A stretch of DNA of 64,000 nt from Candidatus Omnitrophota bacterium (GCA_041666865.1 JBAYGD010000003.1:51642-115641), one strand, 5' to 3'. Positions 28,373 to 38,675 are shown, numbered from the stretch's first letter. Program-made: numbers and translations. The notes: a model not told the origin generated them from the letters alone.

Positions 28373-29344
28373 TTAGCGCATGAGCTCGCGGAAAAAACCG
28401 CCGGCAGTGAACTGACGGATATCCAGGATGGTCAGGAAAATGGGAATATATTCGCGGAGCCGGTGATCGAGCCGGTCGATCTGCGACCAGTCAATCGGCC
28501 GTGTGCTCTGGTACCCTTCCACAAAGTGGGCGCGTGCGGCGGTAACGCATTGCGCCGGCAAGCGGATGATCACCGAAATCAAAAAGAATGCGGCATCCCA
28601 AACACGGTAGTCGGCACGCGTGCAAAATTCCATGTCGAGGAAGCAAACCTCCCGGCGTTCGGGGATCCAAATGCAGTTGACCGGCTGGGTATCGATGAGA
28701 GAAAAACCCCCGGCATGGATCTTTCCGAGGCCGCGGCCGCATTCGCGAATCATAACGGCTTCTTCCTCGCTCAAAACACCTCGCTGCGCGGCGTCCTTGA
28801 GGACGTCGTCAACCACGAGTCCCTTGAGATGCTCGGTCACCATGACTTTCTCGCGCGCACCGAAAGCCACAAGGCGCGGCACGGCAATGCCCTTCTCGGC
28901 CAGCTGTGCACGGCTCATCAAATCGACCGTAAAACGCTCCTCCATCTTACCGTCGTGGACGAACGGAAAGGGGCTTGCCATGGCATTCACCTGCGCCCAT
29001 AAGCTTCCGAGCGGCAAAAAAACTTTAGCGTAAAACTCGACTTCCCGGCCCGCGGCGTCCCGCATGCGCCAAATCTCGTTGAGATTGTTGAGGCCGCCAG
29101 AAATCTGCCGTACGCTCAAGGTCGCGGGATCCAAACCTTCAAAAGCCAAATGGTGGCGCTTGATAAAACGCCGGCAAAGCCCCAGGCTGCGCCAACGGTA
29201 GGTCTTGATAAGACTCCAGGCCAAAACAACGACCCAAATGGGGAAAAGCAGGATGCCAACGCAAACAATTCTGGCTAAAATTCGGCGGCGGGTCTGGCGG
29301 ATCCTCAGCGCGAGGTTATTCTTGAAATGAACCGCATTTTGCAT
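28373..29344 (-). CDS. Membrane-anchored protein-kinase-like fold protein, possibly LPS (Kdo/WaaP-family) kinase
   Basis: N-terminal TM helix (ARIVCVGILLFPIWVVVLAWSLI); kinase-like elements ISGGLNNLNEIW, EFYAKVF, VTEHLKG hinge, HAGGFSLIDTQPVN and FLDME. Specific family not resolved. Confidence 0.4.
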   Translation of the reverse strand: MQNAVHFKNNLALRIRQTRRRILARIVCVGILLFPIWVVVLAWSLIKTYRWRSLGLCRRFIKRHHLAFEGLDPATLSVRQISGGLNNLNEIWRMRDAAGREVEFYAKVFLPLGSLWAQVNAMASPFPFVHDGKMEERFTVDLMSRAQLAEKGIAVPRLVAFGAREKVMVTEHLKGLVVDDVLKDAAQRGVLSEEEAVMIRECGRGLGKIHAGGFSLIDTQPVNCIWIPERREVCFLDMEFCTRADYRVWDAAFFLISVIIRLPAQCVTAARAHFVEGYQSTRPIDWSQIDRLDHRLREYIPIFLTILDIRQFTAGGFFRELMR

Positions 29345-29371
29345 GGGTCTCCCCCAAAACCGGGGTCGAAG

Positions 29372-32095
29372 CTACTGGAACAGTTGAAGATGGTCTTGGT
29401 GCGTTTGGAGCACTTTTTCGGCGTCGGCGAGCTTCTCGCGTTCTTTGGCCACGACTTCCCCGGGAGCATGCTTGACGAAATCGTCGTTGGAAAGCTTTTG
29501 GCGCATCGAGCGGATCCACTTGCTCAATTCCTCGATTTTCCCGGAAAGCCGTTCGCGTTCCTTCGCGGGGTCCAGGACCCCTTCGATCCGGATGAAAACC
29601 TCGATTTCCGCATAGGCGTTCCCGACCCAGGCTTTGGTCTTTTTGAAATCACTCTGAAACGCCGCTTCCGAAAGCCTTCCGAGGGTCTTGATTTGCTCAT
29701 AAAACGCCGCGGCCGCTTCAAGGGCCTTGGCGTTCCTGGATACCAGAACGGCGCTCAAGGCCTGAGCCGGCGGAATATTGAGGCTGGCGCGAAGATCCCG
29801 GATTCCCACGACCGCCTGCTGGATCAGCCCGAGGGCCTTTTCGGCTTCAAGGTCCTCGAAGAGTTCACCGGCCTCCATCGGCCAGGCCGCAAGCGACAGC
29901 GTTTCGGGCCAAGAGGCCTTGTCCTGCGCCATTTCCTTCAGCGTTTGCCAGATTTCCTCGCTGATAAACGGCATGAAAGGATGAAGCAAGCGCATGATTT
30001 TTTCTAGCGTAAAAAAGAGGACTCGGCGGGTCCGTGCCCTGTCATCGGCCGAGGCGCCAAGCAAGGTCGGCTTGACGAGCTCGATGTACCAGTCGCAAAA
30101 ATCATTCCACACGAAATGATAAAGAACGCCCGCGGCTTGGCTCATGGCAAAGCCGTCGAGGGCCTTGTCGATTTCTGAGGTCACTTTGGCAAGGCGCGAG
30201 AGGATCCAGCGGTCGGCAAGGGCAAGTTGGCGCGGGTCCAGGCCCAACCGGGCGGCCCCTTGAGAAAAGTCACTCATGTTCATCAGCGCAAAGCGGGCCG
30301 CGTTCCATATCTTGTTGGTAAAATTCCGACCCACTTCGAATTTTTCGCGGGAAAGGTAGACGTCCTGCGCTGAAAGCATCACCAAGCTGTAGCGGAGGGC
30401 ATCGGAGCCCATCTCCCCGATCACTTCCAGGGGGTCGATCGCGTTGCCGAGCGACTTGGACATCTTGAGACCGCTTTGCGCCCGCACCGTCCCGTGAATA
30501 TAGATCCGCCGGAACGGGACCTCTCCCATGAATTCGAGGCCCGCCATGATCATGCGCGCCACCCAGAAGAAGATGATCTCGGGCGCCGTGCACAAATCCG
30601 AAGTCGGATAAAACCGCCGGAGGTCCCCCGACGGCTCCGGCCAGCCGAGGGTCGAAAAGGGCCAAAGCCAGGAGGAAAACCAGGTATCCAGAACATCGGG
30701 ATCCTGGCGGAGCACAACCTCGCGGCCATGCTTTTCACGCGCCCGGGCCTTCGCTTCCTCTTCGGTCCTCGCGACGAAGAAATTCCCGTCTTCGTCATAC
30801 CAAACCGGAATCTGATGCCCCCACCAGATCTGGCGCGAAATGCACCAGTCGCGAATGCCTTCGAGCCAATGCGTGTAGACCTTCGTCCACCGGTCGGGAT
30901 AAAAAACCGTCTTGCCTTCCGCGTGTGCCTGAAGCGCCTTATCGGCAAGCGGTTTCATCTTTACAAACCACTGCTTCGACAGATAAGGCTCGACCATCGT
31001 GTTGCACCGGTAGCAGTGACCGACAGCGTGCAGATGCGAATCGCGCCGCACGAAAAGGCCTCGGGCCTCGAGGTCCTCGATGATTTTTTTCCGCGCGTCG
31101 AAGCGGTCCATCCCGCAGTAGGGCCCGCCGTTTGCATTGACCTTCCCGTCGGGCCCGAGCACGTTGATTTGCTCGAGGCCGTGTCGCGCTCCCATGGCAA
31201 AGTCGTTCGGGTCATGAGCCGGAGTGACCTTCACCATCCCGGTCCCGAATTCCGGATCGACGAAATCGTCTTCGATAACCGGGATCTCGCGCCCGAGAAG
31301 CGGCAGGACCAGTTTTTTTCCGGCCAAGTGCCGGTATCGGGAATCCCCGGGATTCACCGCCACCGCCGTGTCGCCGAGCATGGTCTCGGGCCGAGTGGTC
31401 GCGACAACGATGTGGTCCTCGTTGATCTTCTCGGCGGCAGTCCCCGCGCCCGCAATCGGATATTTGATGTGATAGAGAGCGCCTTGAACGTCCTTGTGGG
31501 CGGCCTCTTCGTCGGAAAGGGCGGTCTGACAGCGCGGGCACCAGTTGATGATATAGTGGCCCTGATAAATGAGGCCCCGCTCGTAAAGCGTCACAAAGGC
31601 TTCGCGCACGGCTTTGGACAAGCCCTCGTCCATGGTAAAGCGCTCGCGCGTCCAGTCGCAGGAGGCTCCGAGGCGGCGCAGCTGGCGGGTGATCGTCGAG
31701 CCGTGCTCGTCTTTCCACTTCCAGACTTCTTTGAGAAAATTTTCACGCCCGAGCTGCTGGCGGGTTTTTTTCTCCTTGGCGAGTTTTTTCTCGACGACGT
31801 TCTGGGTGGCAATGCCCGCGTGGTCGACCCCGGGAACCCACAAGGTGTCGCAGCCCTTCATCCGCTGCCACCGGACCAGAATGTCCTGGATCGAATTGTT
31901 CAGGGCGTGGCCCATGTGCAAAATGCCGGTCACATTCGGCGGAGGGATGACGATGACATACCGGTTTCCGGAATCGGTCCCGCTCATCGAGTCGCTTCGG
32001 GGCCGGAAGTACCCCCGGGATTCCCACACCTCATACCATTTGGCTTCGGTTTCGGGGGCGTTATAACGAGGGGACAATTCCCGGACGGGGCTCAC
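29372..32095 (-). CDS. valS: Valyl-tRNA synthetase
   Basis: 907 aa; HMGH (ILHMGHALN) and KMSKS motifs, C-terminal coiled coil. Confidence 0.9.
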   Translation of the reverse strand: MSPVRELSPRYNAPETEAKWYEVWESRGYFRPRSDSMSGTDSGNRYVIVIPPPNVTGILHMGHALNNSIQDILVRWQRMKGCDTLWVPGVDHAGIATQNVVEKKLAKEKKTRQQLGRENFLKEVWKWKDEHGSTITRQLRRLGASCDWTRERFTMDEGLSKAVREAFVTLYERGLIYQGHYIINWCPRCQTALSDEEAAHKDVQGALYHIKYPIAGAGTAAEKINEDHIVVATTRPETMLGDTAVAVNPGDSRYRHLAGKKLVLPLLGREIPVIEDDFVDPEFGTGMVKVTPAHDPNDFAMGARHGLEQINVLGPDGKVNANGGPYCGMDRFDARKKIIEDLEARGLFVRRDSHLHAVGHCYRCNTMVEPYLSKQWFVKMKPLADKALQAHAEGKTVFYPDRWTKVYTHWLEGIRDWCISRQIWWGHQIPVWYDEDGNFFVARTEEEAKARAREKHGREVVLRQDPDVLDTWFSSWLWPFSTLGWPEPSGDLRRFYPTSDLCTAPEIIFFWVARMIMAGLEFMGEVPFRRIYIHGTVRAQSGLKMSKSLGNAIDPLEVIGEMGSDALRYSLVMLSAQDVYLSREKFEVGRNFTNKIWNAARFALMNMSDFSQGAARLGLDPRQLALADRWILSRLAKVTSEIDKALDGFAMSQAAGVLYHFVWNDFCDWYIELVKPTLLGASADDRARTRRVLFFTLEKIMRLLHPFMPFISEEIWQTLKEMAQDKASWPETLSLAAWPMEAGELFEDLEAEKALGLIQQAVVGIRDLRASLNIPPAQALSAVLVSRNAKALEAAAAFYEQIKTLGRLSEAAFQSDFKKTKAWVGNAYAEIEVFIRIEGVLDPAKERERLSGKIEELSKWIRSMRQKLSNDDFVKHAPGEVVAKEREKLADAEKVLQTHQDHLQLFQ

Positions 32096-32100
32096 GAGGA

Positions 32101-33660
32101 TTATCCTTTGAGAAGTTTGTATTCGATGGCTTCCACCAGAGCTCGCCAGCTGGCTTCCACGATATTTTCATGGACGCCGACAGTCGTCCACTCCCGGCCC
32201 CGGTCTTGAAACTGGATAAAAACGCGAACCTTGGCCGCCGTGCCGGCGTCTGAATTGACCACCCGAACCTTATAGTCGGTCAGGTGGATCTCGTCGATCA
32301 CGGGATAGGAATCCCGCAGCGCTTTGCGAAGGGCGCGGTCGAGCGCGTTGACCGGGCCGTCCCCGTCGGCCACCTCGAAAAATTCACGGCCCCTGGCGAC
32401 CAAGCGGACTTCCGCCACAGATTTCGGAGACGCGCCGCCGATCTCCTCGGTACGCACCGATACGGTTTTCACGTCAAAAAAGGTCCCCTGCTTGCCCATG
32501 AGCCGGTGCATGAGGAGCTCAAAGCTGGCCTCGGCCGCCTCAAACTGATAGCCCTCGTGCTCGAGTTTTTGGATCTCCGCAAGGATCCTCCGGGTCTCGG
32601 GAGACTCCTTGTCGAGCGGGATCCTGAGCTCGCGCGCCTTGAGCATAATGTTCGTCTTGCCTCCAAGCTCCGAGACCAGATACCGGCGGTTATTGCCCAC
32701 GGCCTTCGGTTCGACGTGCTCGTAGGTGCGCGGGTTCTTCATCATCGCGTTGATGTGGACCCCGCCTTTGTGAGCGAAGGCCGAACGCCCCGTGAAGGGC
32801 TGATTCGTGGGAATCACCATGTTGCAGATCTCGGCCACATAATGCGACACGGAGGTCAGCGATTTGAGGGCCGCCGGAGGAAGGCACGGGCGGCCGAGCT
32901 TCAGCTGCAGGACGGCAATGACGCTCGTGAGATTGACGTTCCCGCAGCGCTCGCCGTAGCCGTTGATCGTGCCCTGGACGAGGACGCACCCCTCGCCGAC
33001 GGCCTGGATGGTGTTGGCGACCGCATGCTCGGAATCGTTGTGGCAGTGAATCCCGAGCGGAACTTTGACGGCGCGCTTAACCCGGAGAATAGCCCTGCGG
33101 ACCTCGTGCGGAAGCGAGCCTCCGTTCGTGTCGCACAAGGTGATGTTGTCGGCTCCGGCGCGCGCGGCCTGCTGAAGAGTTTTCAGAGCATAATCGGGAT
33201 TGGCCTTGAAGCCGTCGAAGAAATGTTCAGCGTCGTAAATCACCTCGAGCTTTTTGGCCTTCAGGTAATGGACCGTGTCGTAAATCATCTCGAGGTTTTC
33301 CTTCAGCGACGTTTTGAACACCTCCGCAACATGAAAGTCCCAAGACTTCCCGAAAATCGTCACCGTCTTGGTCCCGGCCTCGAGCAGCGCCTTGACCTGC
33401 GGGTCTTCGCTCGCCTTGGTATGCGGGCGGCGCGTCGATCCGAAAGCGGCGATCTTGGCGCGGCGGATCCCGGCTTTTTTGACGTCACGGAAAAACGCGA
33501 GGTCCTTGGGGTTCGAGCCCGGCCATCCTCCTTCAATATAAGGGATGCCGAACTTGTCGAGGCGCTTGGCGATCAGGATCTTGTCGTGTACCGAGAGGCT
33601 CATGCCCTCCGACTGCGTCCCGTCCCGGAGCGTCGTGTCGTACAGCAGGATTTTTTTCAT
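32101..33660 (-). CDS. cimA: (R)-citramalate synthase (CimA-type, LeuA family)
   Basis: LYDTTLRDGTQSEGMSLS and the CimA-typical YIEGGWPGSNPKD block; ~519 aa from ATG 33660. The track ORF's 73-aa R-rich N-terminal extension was rejected. Confidence 0.7.
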   Translation of the reverse strand: MKKILLYDTTLRDGTQSEGMSLSVHDKILIAKRLDKFGIPYIEGGWPGSNPKDLAFFRDVKKAGIRRAKIAAFGSTRRPHTKASEDPQVKALLEAGTKTVTIFGKSWDFHVAEVFKTSLKENLEMIYDTVHYLKAKKLEVIYDAEHFFDGFKANPDYALKTLQQAARAGADNITLCDTNGGSLPHEVRRAILRVKRAVKVPLGIHCHNDSEHAVANTIQAVGEGCVLVQGTINGYGERCGNVNLTSVIAVLQLKLGRPCLPPAALKSLTSVSHYVAEICNMVIPTNQPFTGRSAFAHKGGVHINAMMKNPRTYEHVEPKAVGNNRRYLVSELGGKTNIMLKARELRIPLDKESPETRRILAEIQKLEHEGYQFEAAEASFELLMHRLMGKQGTFFDVKTVSVRTEEIGGASPKSVAEVRLVARGREFFEVADGDGPVNALDRALRKALRDSYPVIDEIHLTDYKVRVVNSDAGTAAKVRVFIQFQDRGREWTTVGVHENIVEASWRALVEAIEYKLLKG

Positions 33661-34880
33661 TTCCCCTTTTTCCCCAGCCCGAACTCCTGGTGAATGACGC
33701 GGACGGCTTCCTTGCCCTTCTCGCCGTCGATGACGCACGAAATCTTGATTTCGGAAGTCGAGATCATATCGATATTGATCCTCTTGCGCGCAAGAGCGGC
33801 AAACATACGTGAGGCAATACCCGCGTGAGCCTTCATGCCGACCCCGACGATCGAAACCTTGGCGATGTTCTCGTCGCAAACGACCTGCTTGGCGCCCGAT
33901 TCCCGGACCACCTCTTTGATCACGGTCATGGCGCGCGCCAGCTCGTTCTTGAACACGGTAAACGAAATGTCGGTGGTGTTCGTCTGCGTCTTATTCTGAA
34001 TGATCATGTCGATATTGACGTTCGCTTTGGCCAAACGGGCGAAGATCCTGGCCGCAACGCCGGGCTTGTCTTGAACCTTGAAAATCGTAATCTTGGCTTC
34101 GTTCTGGGCCAAAGCCACGCCGCTGACCACAATCTCTTCCATTTTTTTCGTCTCCTTTGTAATCAAAGTTCCGTTGACCTCGCGAAACGAACTGAGGACA
34201 TAGATGGGCACGTTGAATTTTTTTCCGACCTCGATCGAGCGAGAATGCATCACCGCGGCCCCGAGGGCCGCAAGCTCGAGGATTTCGTCATAGCTGATGA
34301 CATCGATCTTGCGGGCATCGGGGACGACCCTTGGATCGGCCGTGTAGACCCCGTCGACGTCCGTGTAGATTTCGCAGTGCTTCGCCTTCAGGGCCTTGGC
34401 AAGCGCCACGGCCGTCAGGTCGGAGCCGCCGCGCCCGAGCGTGGTGATCTCCCCGTTCAGGGTCTTGCCCTGAAAGCCCGCAACGATCACGATATTGCCT
34501 TCGTCGAGCGCCACCCGGATCCTGCGGGTATTGATGTCTAAAATCCGCGCCTTCGTGTGAAACTTGTCGGTAATGATTCCGACCTGCGGGCCGGTCAAAG
34601 AAATCGCCTTTTCGCCGATCGCGTGGAGCGCCGAGGCCAGAAGCGCCACCGACACCTGCTCGCCGGTCGAAAGGAGCATGTCCATTTCGCGCTCGCTCGG
34701 GCGGGAAGTGATCTGCGCCATGAGGTCAATCAACTCATCAGTCATGTCCCCCATCGCGGAAACGACCACAACCAATTCATGCCCTTGCCGTTTGGCTTTC
34801 ACGATACGCCTGGCCACATTCCGGATGCGGTCGGCGTTTGCGACCGAAGAACCGCCGTATTTTTGAACGATCAAAGCCAT
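33657..34880 (-). CDS. lysC: Aspartate kinase
   Basis: MALIVQKYGGSSV start (ATG 34880, GGGGGA RBS), amino-acid-kinase domain and two C-terminal ACT domains. Confidence 0.85.
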   Translation of the reverse strand: MALIVQKYGGSSVANADRIRNVARRIVKAKRQGHELVVVVSAMGDMTDELIDLMAQITSRPSEREMDMLLSTGEQVSVALLASALHAIGEKAISLTGPQVGIITDKFHTKARILDINTRRIRVALDEGNIVIVAGFQGKTLNGEITTLGRGGSDLTAVALAKALKAKHCEIYTDVDGVYTADPRVVPDARKIDVISYDEILELAALGAAVMHSRSIEVGKKFNVPIYVLSSFREVNGTLITKETKKMEEIVVSGVALAQNEAKITIFKVQDKPGVAARIFARLAKANVNIDMIIQNKTQTNTTDISFTVFKNELARAMTVIKEVVRESGAKQVVCDENIAKVSIVGVGMKAHAGIASRMFAALARKRINIDMISTSEIKISCVIDGEKGKEAVRVIHQEFGLGKKGK

Positions 34881-34945
34881 ACTTTCCCCCCGTGTCATTC
34901 GCTCTTGATGGATGATGCGCCGGACCCGCCGCCCGGGGCCTCGGG

Positions 34946-36142
34946 CTATTTTAAAAGCAGATATTCCAGCAATTCCGCGCCGTTTTTCATTTTGAGTTCC
35001 GAAACCTTCGCGGTCGTCTCCGTCAACTCTTCGATGTCGTCGCCGGTCACGTTCTTGCCCGCAATCACAAACGGAACCGCCTCGCGGGTGCGCTTGCGGG
35101 TCTTCCAAAGCGCCGCATGACAGGGTGTCACGAGGACGCGGACTTGCTTGACGTCTTCCAGGTATTTCTTCGCTTTAGAAAGAAGGAAGTGGTCGGCCGC
35201 CTCGATCGCCGTGATTTTCGCTCGGACGTCTCCGCGCCGGGAAGCCTCGTCAATCGCGTTGATGTGCACCACGACGAAATCTTTCTCTTCGAGGGCCGTC
35301 AGGAGCATCTTGCCTTTCTTCTCATAATCGGTTTCGAGGTCCCCCGTGGCGCCCTGGACTTCCAGAACGGTGAGGCCAGCTGCCCGCGCGATGCCTTTCG
35401 CAAATTCGATGCCCGCGACGGCCGCGCCCGACAGCCCCGACATCTCCTGAAACTTCTTGAGCCGCAAAGGCCGGCCCTGCCCCCACAGCCAGATCATGTT
35501 GGCCGGATTCTCTCCCAGGTCGACCCGGACCTGGTTGATCTCGTGATCCTGGAGGAGAAGCCTCGCGTCCATCATCAGCTTTTTTAGAAGTTCGTCCCCC
35601 GGACCTTTGGGGAAATAATCTTCCATCGGCTGGCCCGTGACCGCTTCGGGAGAATGGGTCCGCGCCGAGAGGGCCTCGAAGCCGTGCGAATCCTTGATCA
35701 CCGCCACATGGCGGTACTCGGCCCCCGCAAAGAAACGGACAAAATCACTCCCGAGTTTTTTGTTCAGGAAATTGATGAGCGCGCGCGCTTCCTTGGTCGG
35801 GATCCGCCCGGAGGTCGGATCGGCCAGGCGTCCTTCTGCCTCCGTGATGAAATTCATGCGGAACGCCACTTCGTTATCCTCGAGCTTCAAATCCAGATTG
35901 GCCGCCTCCACCGGGCCGAGACCGGTGTAGACCTTGTCGGCGTCATAGCCGAGCAGATTCAGGAGGCTGACGTCGGGGGTAGGCTCGACTTTGTCGGAGC
36001 ACAGGCGAACAAGCCCCACCTTTCCGACCTTCGCCAAATGATGAAGGTTGGGCGTTTTTGCGAGCTCGAGCGGCGTCTTGGTCCCGAGTTCCTCGACCGG
36101 CTGATCCGCCGCGCCCGACATTGCCACCACGATGTACTTCAT
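34946..36142 (-). CDS. Cofactor-independent phosphoglycerate-mutase-like (ApgM family) protein; proposed non-canonical homoserine kinase
   Basis: 398 aa with alkaline-phosphatase-superfamily/ApgM blocks (MKYIVVAMSGAADQP..., DAMGLL-like region). Sits between lysC and thrC-hom, and no thrB is present in the operon. Confidence 0.6.
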   Translation of the reverse strand: MKYIVVAMSGAADQPVEELGTKTPLELAKTPNLHHLAKVGKVGLVRLCSDKVEPTPDVSLLNLLGYDADKVYTGLGPVEAANLDLKLEDNEVAFRMNFITEAEGRLADPTSGRIPTKEARALINFLNKKLGSDFVRFFAGAEYRHVAVIKDSHGFEALSARTHSPEAVTGQPMEDYFPKGPGDELLKKLMMDARLLLQDHEINQVRVDLGENPANMIWLWGQGRPLRLKKFQEMSGLSGAAVAGIEFAKGIARAAGLTVLEVQGATGDLETDYEKKGKMLLTALEEKDFVVVHINAIDEASRRGDVRAKITAIEAADHFLLSKAKKYLEDVKQVRVLVTPCHAALWKTRKRTREAVPFVIAGKNVTGDDIEELTETTAKVSELKMKNGAELLEYLLLK

Positions 36143-37224
36143 GCTTCCACCACTTCCCGCAACTGGCCGATCTGCGGCTCGATTTTTTCGGTTTTATCTT
36201 GAAAACTCAGGGCATAATCGGGATCTTTGAGTCCCGCCCCGGTCAGCGTGATGACGATGCGAGTATTGTCCCGGAAATACCCTCTTTTGGCAAGGGCCAT
36301 GACTCCCGCGACCCCCGCCGCCGAAGCCGGCTCGGCAAAGACCCCATCTTTCTCGGCAATCCACCGGTACGCCTGGGTAATTTCCTCGTCGGTCACCGCC
36401 TCAATCAGCCCTCCCGACTCGTCACGCGCAGCGACCGCTTGCTGCCAGCTCGCGGGATTTCCGATACGGATCGCTGTCGCGATCGTCTCGGGTTTTTCGA
36501 CCGGATGACCGAGCACAATCGGCGCGGATCCCGCGGCCTGAAACCCCAGCATGACGGGAAGCCGGGTCGACTTTCCGGCCCGGCGGTATTCCTTGTACCC
36601 CTTCCAATAAGCGGTGATGTTCCCGGCGTTCCCGACCGGGATAACGTGATATTCGGGGGCATCGTCCAGGTCGTCGATGATTTCAAAAGCCGCCGTTTTC
36701 TGCCCCTCGATCCGGTAGGGATTCAGCGAGTTGACCAGCGTGATCTTGCCTTCCGAGGAGATCTCCTTGACGAGCTCGAGCGCCTGATCGAAATTCCCCT
36801 TGATGACGATGACCTTCGCGCCATAGCGGTACGCCTGCACGAGCTTTCCCTTGGCGATCTTGCCGTCGGGAATCAGAACAAAGCATTTGAGACCGCAGCG
36901 CGACGCGTACGCCGCCGCCGAAGCCGAGGTATTTCCCGTCGAGGCGCAAATCACGGCCTTGGAGCCTTCCTCGACCGCCTTCGAGATAGCCATCGTCATC
37001 CCGCGGTCTTTAAAGGAGCCCGTGGGATTCAGGCCTTCGAACTTGTAATAAATTTTGACGTTCTTCAGACCGAGTTCCCTCGGCAGGGCTTCAGACAAAA
37101 TGAGCGGCGTGTGCCCCTCGTTCAGGGATACGATGGCCCGCGGATCCAGGGCCGGAAGATATTCCTGGTAGCGTTCGATGATCCCGATCTTGTGGACGTC
37201 TCTGGACTCGCTCATGACGATCAA
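36139..37224 (-). CDS. thrC: Threonine synthase
   Basis: PLP-Lys motif FEGLNPTGSFKDRGMT; 361 aa. Confidence 0.9.
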   Translation of the reverse strand: MIVMSESRDVHKIGIIERYQEYLPALDPRAIVSLNEGHTPLILSEALPRELGLKNVKIYYKFEGLNPTGSFKDRGMTMAISKAVEEGSKAVICASTGNTSASAAAYASRCGLKCFVLIPDGKIAKGKLVQAYRYGAKVIVIKGNFDQALELVKEISSEGKITLVNSLNPYRIEGQKTAAFEIIDDLDDAPEYHVIPVGNAGNITAYWKGYKEYRRAGKSTRLPVMLGFQAAGSAPIVLGHPVEKPETIATAIRIGNPASWQQAVAARDESGGLIEAVTDEEITQAYRWIAEKDGVFAEPASAAGVAGVMALAKRGYFRDNTRIVITLTGAGLKDPDYALSFQDKTEKIEPQIGQLREVVEA

Positions 37225-38516
37225 TTCCCTTCGATTCGGATGACTTGCGACGGATCGCGCACGATGCCCAGGCGGTCGATCCGCCCAATGGCTTTACGCA
37301 AGTCGTGTTCGAACGCATCATGGGTCAGGAGGATCAGCGGAACGACTTTGCCGGCGCTGCGCTCGCGCTGAATCACGTCCGAAATACTGATCCTGGATTT
37401 TCCGAGAACGCTGGAGATTTTTGCCAGAACGCCCGGGCGGTCCACCACCTGAAAACGCAAATAATACCGGGATTCGATCGAGGAAATGCTCTTGATCGCA
37501 AGTCGACGTCCGAGCGCCCGCATAAGGATCGCATCCTCGGTCAGCCGGGCCTCGCGACGGACCGCGATATCCACCAGGTCGGCCACCACAGCGCTCGACG
37601 TCGGTTTGGAACCCGCGCCGCGGCCGTAGAAAAGAACGTCCCCCACCTCATCTCCTCGGAACAGGATGGCGTTGAACGAGCCGTTGACGTTCGCCAAAAT
37701 GTGGGATTTCGGAAGCAAAGTCGGCTGGACCCGTGCCTCCACCCCTCCCTTCGCGGCCTTGGCAATGGCCAAGAGCTTGATCCGATAACCGAACTCTTCC
37801 GCAAAAGCGATGTCGGCCCCGCGGATCCTTGAAATTCCTTCACAGTAGATGTCGCGAAAACGCACCCGGCCCCCGAAGGCCAAACGCACAAGGATCGCAA
37901 GCTTGTGGGCCGCGTCGATCCCCTCGACGTCGAAAGTCGGATCCGCCTCGGCAAAGCCCTTTTCCTGGGCTTCCTTGAGAGCAGCGCCAAAGTCCTGCCC
38001 CGATTCGGTCATGCGGGTCAGGATGTAATTGGTCGTGCCGTTGATGATGGAGTGGATAGAATCAAAGCGGTTTGCGATCAGGCCTTCGCGAAGGGCCTTG
38101 ATGACGGGGATTCCTCCCCCGACACTGGCCTCAAAGAAGACCCAGCGGCGCATCCGGTGGGCCAGGGTAAAAATTTCGTCGCCGTGCTCGGCCAGAAGGG
38201 CTTTGTTGGCCGTCACCACATGTTTGCCGCGGCGTAGCGCCTCGAGAACAAGTTCCCGGGCCGCCCGGGTGCCGCCGATCAGCTCGACGATGACGTCGAT
38301 GGCAGGATCCGAGACCACCGACAGCGCGTCGGCCGAAAAGCGCCCGGGAGGAACCTTCAGCTTACGGGCTCTGCCGGCATCTTTGTCGGCCACCCGGCAA
38401 ATCTCAAGGTCCACGCCGATTTCATTACGGAAATAGGATGATTTGTCTTTCAGCAGCGAATAGACGCCCGAGCCGATCTGCCCGAGACCGAGGAGCCCGA
38501 TGCGAAGCTTTTTCAT
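37221..38516 (-). CDS. hom: Homoserine dehydrogenase
   Basis: N-terminal NAD-binding (IGLLGLGQIGSGV), catalytic domain, C-terminal ACT domain. Confidence 0.85.
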   Translation of the reverse strand: MKKLRIGLLGLGQIGSGVYSLLKDKSSYFRNEIGVDLEICRVADKDAGRARKLKVPPGRFSADALSVVSDPAIDVIVELIGGTRAARELVLEALRRGKHVVTANKALLAEHGDEIFTLAHRMRRWVFFEASVGGGIPVIKALREGLIANRFDSIHSIINGTTNYILTRMTESGQDFGAALKEAQEKGFAEADPTFDVEGIDAAHKLAILVRLAFGGRVRFRDIYCEGISRIRGADIAFAEEFGYRIKLLAIAKAAKGGVEARVQPTLLPKSHILANVNGSFNAILFRGDEVGDVLFYGRGAGSKPTSSAVVADLVDIAVRREARLTEDAILMRALGRRLAIKSISSIESRYYLRFQVVDRPGVLAKISSVLGKSRISISDVIQRERSAGKVVPLILLTHDAFEHDLRKAIGRIDRLGIVRDPSQVIRIEGN

Positions 38517-38675
38517 GAGTGCACCCTTGATGACTTAAAAATCGCCTAAACTGACGGAAAATGCGGGGGTAGTATATCGCAGGGGTATCAAAAAAGCAAA
38601 CCACCCACTGCTGAATTCCTGATGTTCAAAAATCGAAAGTTTCGGTATACTAATGCCCGTCAAACAGGAGGCAAC

